Below are positions 57,001 to 64,000 of a DNA stretch of 64,000 nucleotides, one piece after another. This DNA comes from Fimbriimonadaceae bacterium. Lineage in GTDB: Bacteria > Armatimonadota > UBA10988. A program made the translations under genes and the position numbers. Location of the stretch: NCBI GenBank assembly GCA_020850355.1, contig JADZEX010000048.1, positions 13,508 to 77,507 on the forward strand. The letters run 5' to 3'. The notes beneath the pieces were generated by a model, which saw nothing but the letters and a program-made list of their open reading frames with translations, searched no databases and was not told the origin of the DNA. The first letter of the stretch is position 1. Each line of letters starts with the position of its first letter.

Positions 57001-58006
57001 CGAGGCCGATCAGCCCGGCGGCGGTAAGCTGGAGATTGTCAAAGCGCTCTACGGCCTGCTGCCCGAAACCGACGACCCGCCGGTCGCCGGCACGGTCGAC
57101 GTCACGCGGCAGCTTCAGGAGCGCGTCAGAGAGGGCGCCCTGACGGTCCGCGCCGACAACTCGCTGGCGGGGGACCCGGCCAACCTGGTGGTCAAGCAGT
57201 TGCTGGTCGAGTATACCCTGGACGGCGTGGCGCATCGCCGGATGGTGCAGGAGAACGACCTGCTGAGCATCCCCGACGGGCCCGACCCGGTCTTCGAGCT
57301 GCCGCCCGCGGCCGCCGTCGAGCGGACCGCTGGCGGTGGCTTTGCGCTGACTGCCTGGGAGACTGGCCGCTACCGGCTCGACACCCCCGCCGGTGAGGCG
57401 CAGGCCACCATTGCGACGTTGCCGGCGCCGCTGGAGCTCGGCGGGCCCTGGCAGGTCAGCTTCCAGCCCAACCGCGGCGCGCCCGCCAGCGCCAGCTTCG
57501 AGAAGCTGGTCTCCTGGCCGGAGCGGCCCGAGCCGGGGATCCGCTACTTCTCCGGCTCGGCAACCTACCGGCGGACCTTCACGGTGCCGGCGCTGACCGC
57601 CGATCAGGTGGTCCTGCTCGATCTGGGCAAAGTGAAGAACTTCGCCGAGGTGACGGTCAACGGCCAGCAGCTGGCGACGCTCTGGATGCCGCCTTTCCGG
57701 GTGGACGTCACGAAGGCCCTGCGGGCCGGGGAGAACGCGCTCGAGGTGCGGGTGACCAACCTCTGGGTCAACCGGCTGATTGGCGATGAGGAGCTGCCCG
57801 ACGATGCCGAGTATGCGCCGGGCGGGCAACTGAAGAGCCTGCCGACCTGGCTGCAAAGCGGTAGCGCCACGCCGCAGCGGCCGCCGACGGGGCGGATCAC
57901 CTTCAGCACCTGGAAGCACTGGCAGCGGGGCGACGCCTTGCAGGAGTCGGGGCTGGTTGGCCCGGTGCGCCTGCGGTACGGTCTCCGCCAGGCCTTGCAG
58001 CCGTGA
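54023..58006 (+). CDS. 1327-aa lipoprotein, GH106-like (alpha-L-rhamnosidase-type) glycoside hydrolase
   Basis: ORF 53666..58006 trimmed to ATG 54023 (lipobox LSILGCA). FRNPPASARPHTWWHWMSGHITREGLTADLEAMAKVGLGG matches, from memory, the conserved N-terminus of BT_0986-type GH106 enzymes. The family call is tentative. Confidence 0.75.
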   Translation: MIRRLAPLAALLSILGCATAQTDLEATFRNPPASARPHTWWHWMSGHITREGLTADLEAMAKVGLGGAQMFDVQPGVPEGKVLYNSAEWRALTVHAVKEAQRLGIELCIHNCAGWSSSGGPWMKPEQGMQWVTVSETQVTGPKSLREKLAQPPTRLETYRDIAVLAFPTPPAEVKRLSEALPVATCSTPGTDPKRLLDGRAETAVTLSSPAAGKPQWVTIECVQPFTAQTLTLRAGPQRSAPRGELQVSDDGQAWRAVKPFSLPGRGDPNNVAVTFNPTTARYWRLLFATPLPSGTRLSVGEVELSNALRLDNWWDKAGYARQDRPRPDARTATSPEAVVEVARQVDLSAKMAADGTLTWDVPAGTWTILRVGYSPNGRNNHPVRDSGRGLESDKLSAAATDAHFDGMMLPLIQACGPLAGKSLNNCLIDSYEVGGQNWTPLLRQEFTKRRGYDPTPYLATYTGRVVTDIPTTERFLWDLRKTIAELQAENYFGRYAERCREYGLQMSIEPYGDGNFDELTAGVYADIPMTEFWSPNGVAYGGGKLASSIAHTQGRTFVGAEAFTASQENGRWLNDPWQIKPLGDAMWASGVNRFIFHRYAHQPWLNLEPGMTMGPWGFMFERTITWWEQAPAWTAYLARGQALLQAGRFVGDLLYFSGDDSPQGMPGQNPPPPPGYDWDAGDLTVLNQLVVKDGRLTLPSGAAYEVLILPPSETMLPSTLRRLDALVRAGATVVGQRPRRSPSLQDQPVADQQITALADSLWGPINGTTVTRHAVGAGQVVWGQPLAELLAARGVGPSLVWTSRGGPNQVRWMHRRAGNVDYWFVANLSRQVESGELSLRVSGRQPELWQAVDGSVRDAALWRQEAGRTVVTLALQPAESLFVVCRRPPAGLGARQLTFTASGTTTTPARPVRQLVITRATYGVLNVAAEDYHDVTQQVAAAVKNDRLELAASNALAGDPAPNVVKQMRVRYRYGGQERVLTVDENQTARLPEADQPGGGKLEIVKALYGLLPETDDPPVAGTVDVTRQLQERVREGALTVRADNSLAGDPANLVVKQLLVEYTLDGVAHRRMVQENDLLSIPDGPDPVFELPPAAAVERTAGGGFALTAWETGRYRLDTPAGEAQATIATLPAPLELGGPWQVSFQPNRGAPASASFEKLVSWPERPEPGIRYFSGSATYRRTFTVPALTADQVVLLDLGKVKNFAEVTVNGQQLATLWMPPFRVDVTKALRAGENALEVRVTNLWVNRLIGDEELPDDAEYAPGGQLKSLPTWLQSGSATPQRPPTGRITFSTWKHWQRGDALQESGLVGPVRLRYGLRQALQP

Positions 58007-59772
58007 TCGCCTGGCTGTTGATGGCCGTCACAGCGGTCGAGATCCCGGTCGCCGCGTGCGGCGCCCGGGGCGATGGACGCAGCGACGATGGGCCGGCCTT
58101 CCGCACGGCGCTGGACCGCGCCCGCTGGGCGACCGAGCCAGCGACAGTGGTCTGCGAGCCGCGGGTCTACCGTTTCGCGCCCTTCCGCGACGAATGGGCC
58201 GAACTGCTGCTGCGCGGCGCCGACGAGGTGACCATCGACGGCCGCGGCGCGACCTGGCTGCTGCCGCCGCAGAACCGCGCGCTCTGGATCGACCGCTGCC
58301 GGCGGATCACCGTCCGCAACCTGACCATCGACTACGATCCGCTGCCCTTCACGCAGGGCACGGTCACCGCCATCGACCAGGCCGGCGGCTGGTTCGAGTT
58401 CGCGCTGGACGACGGCTACCCCACCCTGCCCTCGCAAAGCTGGATTGTCGCCAACGGCTCACCGTTCGACTGGCGCCACGGCGTCTTCACCACCGCCGCC
58501 GGCCGCTTCACGCATCGCTGGCTGAACCTCGGCGAGGTGCTGCCCGCCGGCGAGCGCCGCTACCGCGTCAAGCCGCGCGACAGCCAGGGCTACAAGCTGG
58601 ACCAGATCGCCGTCGGGCAGCGCTTCGCCTGTCGCGTGCCGGGGCATCCTAAGGAGTGGAAGGACCGGCTCTTCACCCAGGGCAGCGGCCCGCTCGACCG
58701 GGGCGTCTTCCTCCACGGCGGTCCCCTCGCCAACGTCCGCGTCTCGGGCAGCGACGAGGTGCTGCTGGAAGACCTGCGGAGCTACGCCGCCGCCGACATG
58801 AGCTTCCACCTGCAGGCCAACGGGGCGGTCACGCTGCGGCGGGTGACCGTCGCGCGCAAGCCGGGGACCAACCGCCTGTTGGCCGGCATGTCCGACGGCG
58901 TCCACTGCAAGACCAACGCGGTTGGGCCGGTGCTGGAAGACTGCTCGTTCGAGGCCCTCGCCGACGACTCGGTGAACCTGTCGACCCACCCCGAGTGCCT
59001 GCTGGAGCGGCGCGGCCCGGGGCAGTTCACGACGCAGTACGGCGACATCGTTTGGTTCGACTCCCCGCTCACGGTCGGCGACCGGATGCTGGTGTTCGAC
59101 CCGCGCAGCGGCCGCAGCGACGGCGAAGTGATCGTCCGCGAAGTGCAGTTCGTCAGCAACCAGCGGCGCCTGGTGACCCTCGACCGCGACCTGCCCGCCG
59201 CCGTGCTGGGCCAGGCGGCCGGCCTCGACGCCGCGACGCAGCTCTACCGGCTGCCGCGCACGCCGCCGGTGGTGCGGCGCTGCCGCTTCGCCTCGCAGCT
59301 CAAGACCGCGGTCCTGTTGCGCGGCGCCGGCCTGGTGGAGGATTGTGAGTTCCGCGACTGCGCCTACGGCGTGCACGCCCACAACTCCGCCGGCTGGCGC
59401 GAGGGTCCGTTCCCCGACCGCCTGACGATTCGCGGCTGCCGCTTCGAGAACGTCTGGCTGGCGGCGGTCAACATCCTCAGCCTGGCGCCCGAGCTGGCCG
59501 CGCCGTTCGGACGCGACATCGTGGTGGCCGACAACCAGTTCATCCAGCGCGAGGGCCACGGCATCGATCTGGTCAACCTCGCCGCGGCCCGCGTCACCGG
59601 CAACCAGGTCACGATGGCCGCCGAGACGCCGTCGCAGTACGTCGCGCTGCGGCTGGTCAACTGCGCCGAGGTGCGCCTGCGGGGCCTCACCGTGAGCGAC
59701 CCGCGGCCCGGTCAGGCGCCGCTGCGGCTGGAGCAGATGCCGGCCGAGCGGCTGATCCGGGAGGACGGCTGA
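58003..59772 (+). CDS. right-handed parallel beta-helix repeat protein
   Basis: ACGARGDGRSDDGPAFRTAL (pectate-lyase-3-like start), with repeated VxNCxF/IRGCRF-type beta-helix rungs. GTG 58003 forms a GTGA overlap with the upstream stop; the alternative start is ATG 58021. Confidence 0.8.
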   Translation: MIAWLLMAVTAVEIPVAACGARGDGRSDDGPAFRTALDRARWATEPATVVCEPRVYRFAPFRDEWAELLLRGADEVTIDGRGATWLLPPQNRALWIDRCRRITVRNLTIDYDPLPFTQGTVTAIDQAGGWFEFALDDGYPTLPSQSWIVANGSPFDWRHGVFTTAAGRFTHRWLNLGEVLPAGERRYRVKPRDSQGYKLDQIAVGQRFACRVPGHPKEWKDRLFTQGSGPLDRGVFLHGGPLANVRVSGSDEVLLEDLRSYAAADMSFHLQANGAVTLRRVTVARKPGTNRLLAGMSDGVHCKTNAVGPVLEDCSFEALADDSVNLSTHPECLLERRGPGQFTTQYGDIVWFDSPLTVGDRMLVFDPRSGRSDGEVIVREVQFVSNQRRLVTLDRDLPAAVLGQAAGLDAATQLYRLPRTPPVVRRCRFASQLKTAVLLRGAGLVEDCEFRDCAYGVHAHNSAGWREGPFPDRLTIRGCRFENVWLAAVNILSLAPELAAPFGRDIVVADNQFIQREGHGIDLVNLAAARVTGNQVTMAAETPSQYVALRLVNCAEVRLRGLTVSDPRPGQAPLRLEQMPAERLIREDG

Positions 59773-59795
59773 GGTGTTTGCCGGGGGTGGAGTCG

Positions 59796-59804
59796 TGGTA
59801 AACT
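59796..59804 (+). promoter_or_regulatory. possible extended -10 element (TGgTAAACT) upstream of the small membrane gene / rib operon
   Basis: It ends 9 nt before ATG 59814, which would make the transcript essentially leaderless. No good -35 box. Confidence 0.25.
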
Positions 59805-59813
59805 GCCGCTACC

Positions 59814-60203
59814 ATGTTGACCACGGGACGAGACCTGACCGCCGTGGTGCTGGGGCTGCTGATCACCGGCACCGTGACCGCCCTGGTGGCGATGTTGCGA
59901 CAACATGCGCGGGGCCGGCTGGTGATCGACCAGCGCCAGGTGCTGCTCCGGGCGGTCGGCAGCCTGCTGATGATCGTGCTGTGGTGCCTGGTCGGTCTGC
60001 TGCTGCTGGGTGTCGACCCGCGGGAGCGCCCAAAGCTGTTCCTGCTCTGCTTCTACCTGACGCTGTTGCTGGCCTGCGGGCTACCCTTCGTCGCGCTGCT
60101 CGACCTGCGGCTGCTCTCGCTCAACAAGCTGCGCGCCGAGATGCGGCTGACCGAAGAGTACATCCGCGCCTGCGCCCCGACGGTCCCCCGCCATGAGTCC
60201 TGA
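59814..60203 (+). CDS. small (129-aa) integral membrane protein, unknown function
   Basis: Three hydrophobic helices (VVLGLLITGTVTALVAML, LLMIVLWCLVGLLLLGV, LFLLCFYLTLLLACGLPFVALL) and high GC3. Overlaps ribD by 11 nt. Confidence 0.7.
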   Translation: MLTTGRDLTAVVLGLLITGTVTALVAMLRQHARGRLVIDQRQVLLRAVGSLLMIVLWCLVGLLLLGVDPRERPKLFLLCFYLTLLLACGLPFVALLDLRLLSLNKLRAEMRLTEEYIRACAPTVPRHES

Positions 60204-61323
60204 GCAGTACCTCGCCCGCGCCTGCGAGCTGGCCGAGCTGGCGCGTGGTCGGACCTCGCCCAACCCGCTGGTCGGCTGTGTGATCGTCCGCGACGGCGAG
60301 ATTGTCGGCGAAGGCTACCACCGCGCCGCCGGCCAGCCCCACGCCGAACGCCAGGCCCTGGCGATGGCCGGTGAGCGGGCCCGCGGGGCCACGCTCTACT
60401 GCACGCTAGAGCCGTGCAACCACCACGGTCGCACGCCGCCCTGCACCGAGGCGATCCTGGAGGCCGGCATCAGCGCAGTCTACTACGGGGTCGACGATTG
60501 CGATGTCACCGTGGTCGGCCGCGGTGCCGCGCGGCTGCGGCAGGCTGGGCTGACCGTGCAGGGCGGCCTGCTGCGCGAGGTCGTCGAGCGGCAGTTGGCG
60601 GCCTACCTGTTCCACCGCATGATGGTCCGGCCCTGGGTCCAGGCGAAGTGGGCGATGACTTTGGACGGCAAGCTGGCCGCTCTCCGCGGCTGGCTGGGGC
60701 AACGGGACCGCGTCAATCCCAAGGACTGGATCAGCGGCCCCGCGGCGCGAGCGCTGGTCCACCGGCGCCGCGATCAGGTCGACGCGGTCCTGGTCGGCGC
60801 CGGCACGGTGATGGTTGACGACCCGTCGCTGACCTGCCGGCTGGACGAGTTCGAAACCCCGACCCGCCCGTTGCGTCACCCGCTGCGCGTGATCGCCGAT
60901 TCGCGGGGCCGCACCCCGCTCGACGCGCAGGTCTATCGCGATGGCCTGGCGCCGACCATCCTGGCCACCGCGGCCTGTCACAACGTGCCCGACCGGCCCG
61001 GCTGCGAGGTCTGGCGGCTGCCCGATCACGAAGGGCAGCTCGACCTCCGCGCGCTGCTGCGCCAACTCGCCGAACGCGGCGTCGTCGAGGTGCTCAGCGA
61101 GGCGGGGGGCACCTTGAACGGGTCGCTGTTCCGCCTGGGGCTGATCAACGAAGTCCTGGCGGTGATCGCGCCGAAGCTGGTCGGCGGCGACGGGCCCAGC
61201 CCGTGGGATGGATCGGGTTGCGGGGTGATCAGCAACGCGGTCAAGCTTACCGATGTCGCCTGGGAGCGCCTGGGTGACGATCTGCTCTTGACGGCCCGAG
61301 TCGATGGGGCGGGACTGTTCTGA
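60193..61323 (+). CDS. ribD: bifunctional diaminohydroxyphosphoribosylaminopyrimidine deaminase / 5-amino-6-(5-phosphoribosylamino)uracil reductase
   Basis: NPLVGCVIV, the zinc deaminase motif HAERQAL...LEPCNHHGRTPPC, and a reductase half with KWAMTLDGKLA. Confidence 0.95.
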   Translation: MSPEQYLARACELAELARGRTSPNPLVGCVIVRDGEIVGEGYHRAAGQPHAERQALAMAGERARGATLYCTLEPCNHHGRTPPCTEAILEAGISAVYYGVDDCDVTVVGRGAARLRQAGLTVQGGLLREVVERQLAAYLFHRMMVRPWVQAKWAMTLDGKLAALRGWLGQRDRVNPKDWISGPAARALVHRRRDQVDAVLVGAGTVMVDDPSLTCRLDEFETPTRPLRHPLRVIADSRGRTPLDAQVYRDGLAPTILATAACHNVPDRPGCEVWRLPDHEGQLDLRALLRQLAERGVVEVLSEAGGTLNGSLFRLGLINEVLAVIAPKLVGGDGPSPWDGSGCGVISNAVKLTDVAWERLGDDLLLTARVDGAGLF

Positions 61324-61979
61324 TGTTCACCGGCATTGTGGAAGAGGTCGGCCACCTGGTGGCCGTGGAAGCCCGCGGCAACCTGACGCGGTGGCGGGTC
61401 CGGGCGCAGACCGTCCTGGCCGACGCGCGGCTGGGTGACAGCATTGCCCACAACGGGGTCTGCCTGACCATCAGCGAGCTGGCGCCGCCGGTCTACGCCT
61501 GCGACCTGATGCAGGAAACGCTGCGCCATACCACCCTCGGCGCCTTGCGGCCCGGCGCGCCGGTCAATCTGGAGCGCGCCCTGGCGGTCGGCGGCCGCTT
61601 CGGCGGCCACTTCGTGCAGGGGCATGTCGACGCGGTGGGGCAGATCGTCGGTCTCGAACGCACCGACCGCTGGGTCACCTACCGCATCGGCGCCTCGCCC
61701 GCGGTGCTGCGCTTCGTGGTGGCGAAGGGCTCGGTGGCGGTCGACGGGACCAGCCTGACGGTGGTCGAGCGGCTGGCCGACAGCTTCACGGTGTCGCTGA
61801 TCCCGCACACTCTGGCGGTCACCTGCTGGGGTCAGCGGCAGGTGGGTGACGCGGTCAACCTGGAACCGGACATCCTGGCGAAGTACGTGGCGGCGGCCGT
61901 GGCGGCTCCGGGAGCGGACGGCGACCGTGGTACAATGTCGTGGCAATGGCTGGCCGAACGCGGCTTCGGCATGGAGTGA
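61323..61979 (+). CDS. ribE: riboflavin synthase
   Basis: MFTGIVEEVG, GDSIAHNGVCLT and a second-repeat GSVAVDGTSLTV. The start overlaps the ribD stop (TGATG). Confidence 0.95.
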   Translation: MFTGIVEEVGHLVAVEARGNLTRWRVRAQTVLADARLGDSIAHNGVCLTISELAPPVYACDLMQETLRHTTLGALRPGAPVNLERALAVGGRFGGHFVQGHVDAVGQIVGLERTDRWVTYRIGASPAVLRFVVAKGSVAVDGTSLTVVERLADSFTVSLIPHTLAVTCWGQRQVGDAVNLEPDILAKYVAAAVAAPGADGDRGTMSWQWLAERGFGME

Positions 61980-61983
61980 GCAC

Positions 61984-63228
61984 TTGTCCGATGGGGAAAC
62001 GCTGGACGGGTTCGCGACGATTCCGGAGGCACTGCAAGCCATCCGACGTGGCGAGCTGGTGGTCGTCGTGGACGACGCCGACCGTGAGAACGAGGGTGAT
62101 CTGATCCTGGCGGCGGAGCATGTCACGCCGGCCAAGGTCAACTTCATCGAGCGCTATGGCCGCGGTCTGCTGTGCGTGCCGTTGACGGCGGAGCGGATGC
62201 ACCATCTGCGCATCCCGCTGATCGACCTGACCGCCGCTGACCGTTACCGGACCGCCTACGCGGTGCCGGTCGACGCGGCTCGGGGGGTCACCACCGGCAT
62301 CTCGGCCAGTGACCGCGCCACCACCATCGCCGCGCTGGCGCGCAGCACGCGGGCCGAGGATTTCGTGCACGGCGGCCATGTGCAACCGCTGCAGGCGGTC
62401 GAGGGTGGCGTGCTGCGGCGGGCCGGGCACACCGAGGCGGCGATCGACCTGTGCCGGCTGGCCGGCCTCTCACCGACCGGGGTGCTCTGCGAGATCAAGC
62501 GCGACGACGGCGAGATGATGCGCCTCGACGAGCTGCGCGGCTTCTGCGCGACCCACGGGCTGAAGCTGATTTCGATCGCGCAGTTGATCGATCACCGCCG
62601 CCGCACCGAGCAGTTGGTGCGCCGCGTCGCGGTCTGTCACCTGCCCACCGACATGGGCGAGTTCGTCTGTCACGCCTACGAGAGCACGCTCGACGGCTCG
62701 CCCTACGTGGCGCTGGTGAAGGGCGACCTGAGTGGCGACGAGCCGGTGCTCGTCCGGATGCACTCGCAGTGCCTGACCGGCGATGCGCTGTTCTCGCGCC
62801 GCTGCGACTGCGGCCAGCAGTTGCGGTTGGCGATGGAGCTGATCGAGCGCGAAGGCCGCGGGGTGCTGGTCCACATCCGCCAGGAGGGGCGCGGGATCGG
62901 TCTGCTGAACAAGCTGCGCGCCTACGAGTTACAGGATCAGGGTCTCGACACCGTCGAGGCCAATGAACACCTCGGGTTTCCGGCCGACCTGCGAGAGTAC
63001 GGACTGGGCGCGCAGGTCTTGCTGGACCTGGGGGTCCGGCGGCTGCGGCTGCTGACCAACAACTGGCGCAAACTGGTGGCGCTCGACGGGTATGGCATCG
63101 AACTGGTCGAACGGGTGCCGCTGCTGGCGCCGGTGACCGCGGACAACCAGCGGTACCTCTCCGCCAAGGCCAGCAAGCTGGGCCATCTGCTGGAGCTGGG
63201 GCAGGCCGCCGAGGGACAAGGGAGCTGA
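61984..63228 (+). CDS. ribBA: bifunctional 3,4-dihydroxy-2-butanone-4-phosphate synthase / GTP cyclohydrolase II
   Basis: VVVDDADRENEGDLI and RAGHTEAAIDL (DHBP synthase), then RMHSQCLTGD, RCDCGQQL and RQEGRGIGL (GCH II). The start is proposed at TTG 61984 (GGAG 9 nt upstream). The ORF-track start at 61846 lies inside ribE. Confidence 0.9.
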   Translation: MSDGETLDGFATIPEALQAIRRGELVVVVDDADRENEGDLILAAEHVTPAKVNFIERYGRGLLCVPLTAERMHHLRIPLIDLTAADRYRTAYAVPVDAARGVTTGISASDRATTIAALARSTRAEDFVHGGHVQPLQAVEGGVLRRAGHTEAAIDLCRLAGLSPTGVLCEIKRDDGEMMRLDELRGFCATHGLKLISIAQLIDHRRRTEQLVRRVAVCHLPTDMGEFVCHAYESTLDGSPYVALVKGDLSGDEPVLVRMHSQCLTGDALFSRRCDCGQQLRLAMELIEREGRGVLVHIRQEGRGIGLLNKLRAYELQDQGLDTVEANEHLGFPADLREYGLGAQVLLDLGVRRLRLLTNNWRKLVALDGYGIELVERVPLLAPVTADNQRYLSAKASKLGHLLELGQAAEGQGS

Positions 63229-63231
63229 GCC

Positions 63232-63705
63232 ATGGGGCAGGTCTTCGAAGGCGCGCTGGTCGGCACCGGGCTGCGCTGCGCGATTGTCGTGGCGCGGTTC
63301 AATGAGCTGATTGCCAGCAAACTGCTGGGCGGCGCGAAGGACGTGCTGCGGCGGCACGGGGTCGCCGAGGAGCAGGTCGACGTGGCCTGGGTGCCGGGGT
63401 CGTTTGAGATCCCGATGGTCGCGCAGAAGCTGGCGGGCAGCGGCCGCTACGATGCGGTGATCTGCCTCGGCGCGGTGATCCGCGGCTCGACCCCGCACTT
63501 CGACTACGTCGCCGCCGAGACCAGCAAGGGCATCGCCGCCGCCGCGCTGAAGAGCGGCGTGCCGGTGATCTTCGGAGTGCTGACCACCAACACCATCGAG
63601 GAAGCGATCGAGCGCGCCGGCACGAAGCACGGCAACAAGGGCGCCGACGCCGCGCTGGCCGCCATCGAAATGGCCAACCTGCTGCGCGCGATCGAGGCCG
63701 GCTAG
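63232..63705 (+). CDS. ribH: 6,7-dimethyl-8-ribityllumazine synthase
   Basis: [33 protein letters not shown] and GVLTT. Confidence 0.95.
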   Translation: MGQVFEGALVGTGLRCAIVVARFNELIASKLLGGAKDVLRRHGVAEEQVDVAWVPGSFEIPMVAQKLAGSGRYDAVICLGAVIRGSTPHFDYVAAETSKGIAAAALKSGVPVIFGVLTTNTIEEAIERAGTKHGNKGADAALAAIEMANLLRAIEAG

Positions 63706-63714
63706 GAGGCCGCG

Positions 63715-64000
63715 ATGGGCGGCCGGCAGTGGTTGGCGCTGGCGCTGGTCGGCGGACTCAGCGGTCTGCTGGGCGGCGTCTGCGGCGCCTGGCTGGTGAC
63801 ACGACCGGGTGTCGACCCGCCGGCCGCGGCGACCCTGCCGCAGTCCCCGTCGCCGACCGCCGCCGCGGTGCCCGACGGGGCTGAGAGCCAGGTGATCGCC
63901 GCCGCGGCCCGCCGGGTCAATGTGGCGGTCGTCAACATCGACACCTACGGCCGCGCTGCTGGGGGCGGCTTCAACCCGTTCGAGGACGTCCGCCGGCCGC
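63715..64000 (+). CDS. N-terminal fragment of a probable HtrA/DegP-like trypsin-family serine protease (3' end outside window)
   Basis: Hand-translated open frame from ATG 63715 (GGAGG 5 nt upstream): MGGRQWLALALVGGLSGLLGG (TM anchor)...SQVIAAAARRVNVAVVNIDTYG. This resembles the start of HtrA protease domains. No catalytic residues fall inside the window. Confidence 0.5.
   Translation, partial: MGGRQWLALALVGGLSGLLGGVCGAWLVTRPGVDPPAAATLPQSPSPTAAAVPDGAESQVIAAAARRVNVAVVNIDTYGRAAGGGFNPFEDVRRP

Noticed and set aside
59773-60192. FMN (RFN) riboswitch upstream of the riboflavin operon.
   Set aside because: The only non-coding DNA is 41 bp (59773-59813), and the rest is a well-supported membrane-protein CDS. 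None of the conserved RFN core strings I remember (for example GGGCGGGGCGAAATTCCCCACCGGCGGTA-like) are present.

Overview
This is a very GC-rich, gene-dense chromosomal segment (by eye two-thirds or more G+C; not computed). It comes from a diderm bacterium, judging by lpxB, outer-membrane (OM) beta-barrels, lipoboxes and a Tat signal. I can support about 47 protein-coding genes, one tRNA (His-GTG), one gene remnant, several repeats and a set of near-consensus sigma70 promoters. I see no rRNA, CRISPR array, transposase or integrase. Housekeeping genes (ferredoxin-type sulfite/nitrite reductase, lpxB, hemC, coaE, argG, ribD-ribE-ribBA-ribH) are interspersed with many very large secreted glycan-active proteins: GH116, GH106-like, clan GH-A-like, PcRGLX/PL26-like, beta-helix proteins and esterases. 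That fits a polysaccharide-degrading lifestyle; the phylum cannot be fixed from this window. Because of the GC content the ORF track is full of long antisense shadow ORFs. I chose frames by recognisable motifs, third-position GC and SD/start context, and I trimmed many N-termini. All product calls are motif recognition from memory, with no database search. I found no clear-cut novel system. The candidates most worth a second look are: (1) a tRNA-His / RDD / anti-sigma-like (two tandem anti-sigma-domain (ASD)-like modules) / 856-aa OM barrel cluster with no sigma factor; (2) an XRE-HTH+TPR regulator co-transcribed with a lipoprotein, behind a consensus promoter and a ~300-nt leader; (3) a GH116 gene apparently co-transcribed with a spore-photoproduct-lyase-like radical SAM enzyme; (4) a composite direct/inverted repeat element at 19.9-20.2 kb; (5) an orphan sbcD coupled to a URO-D-like gene.
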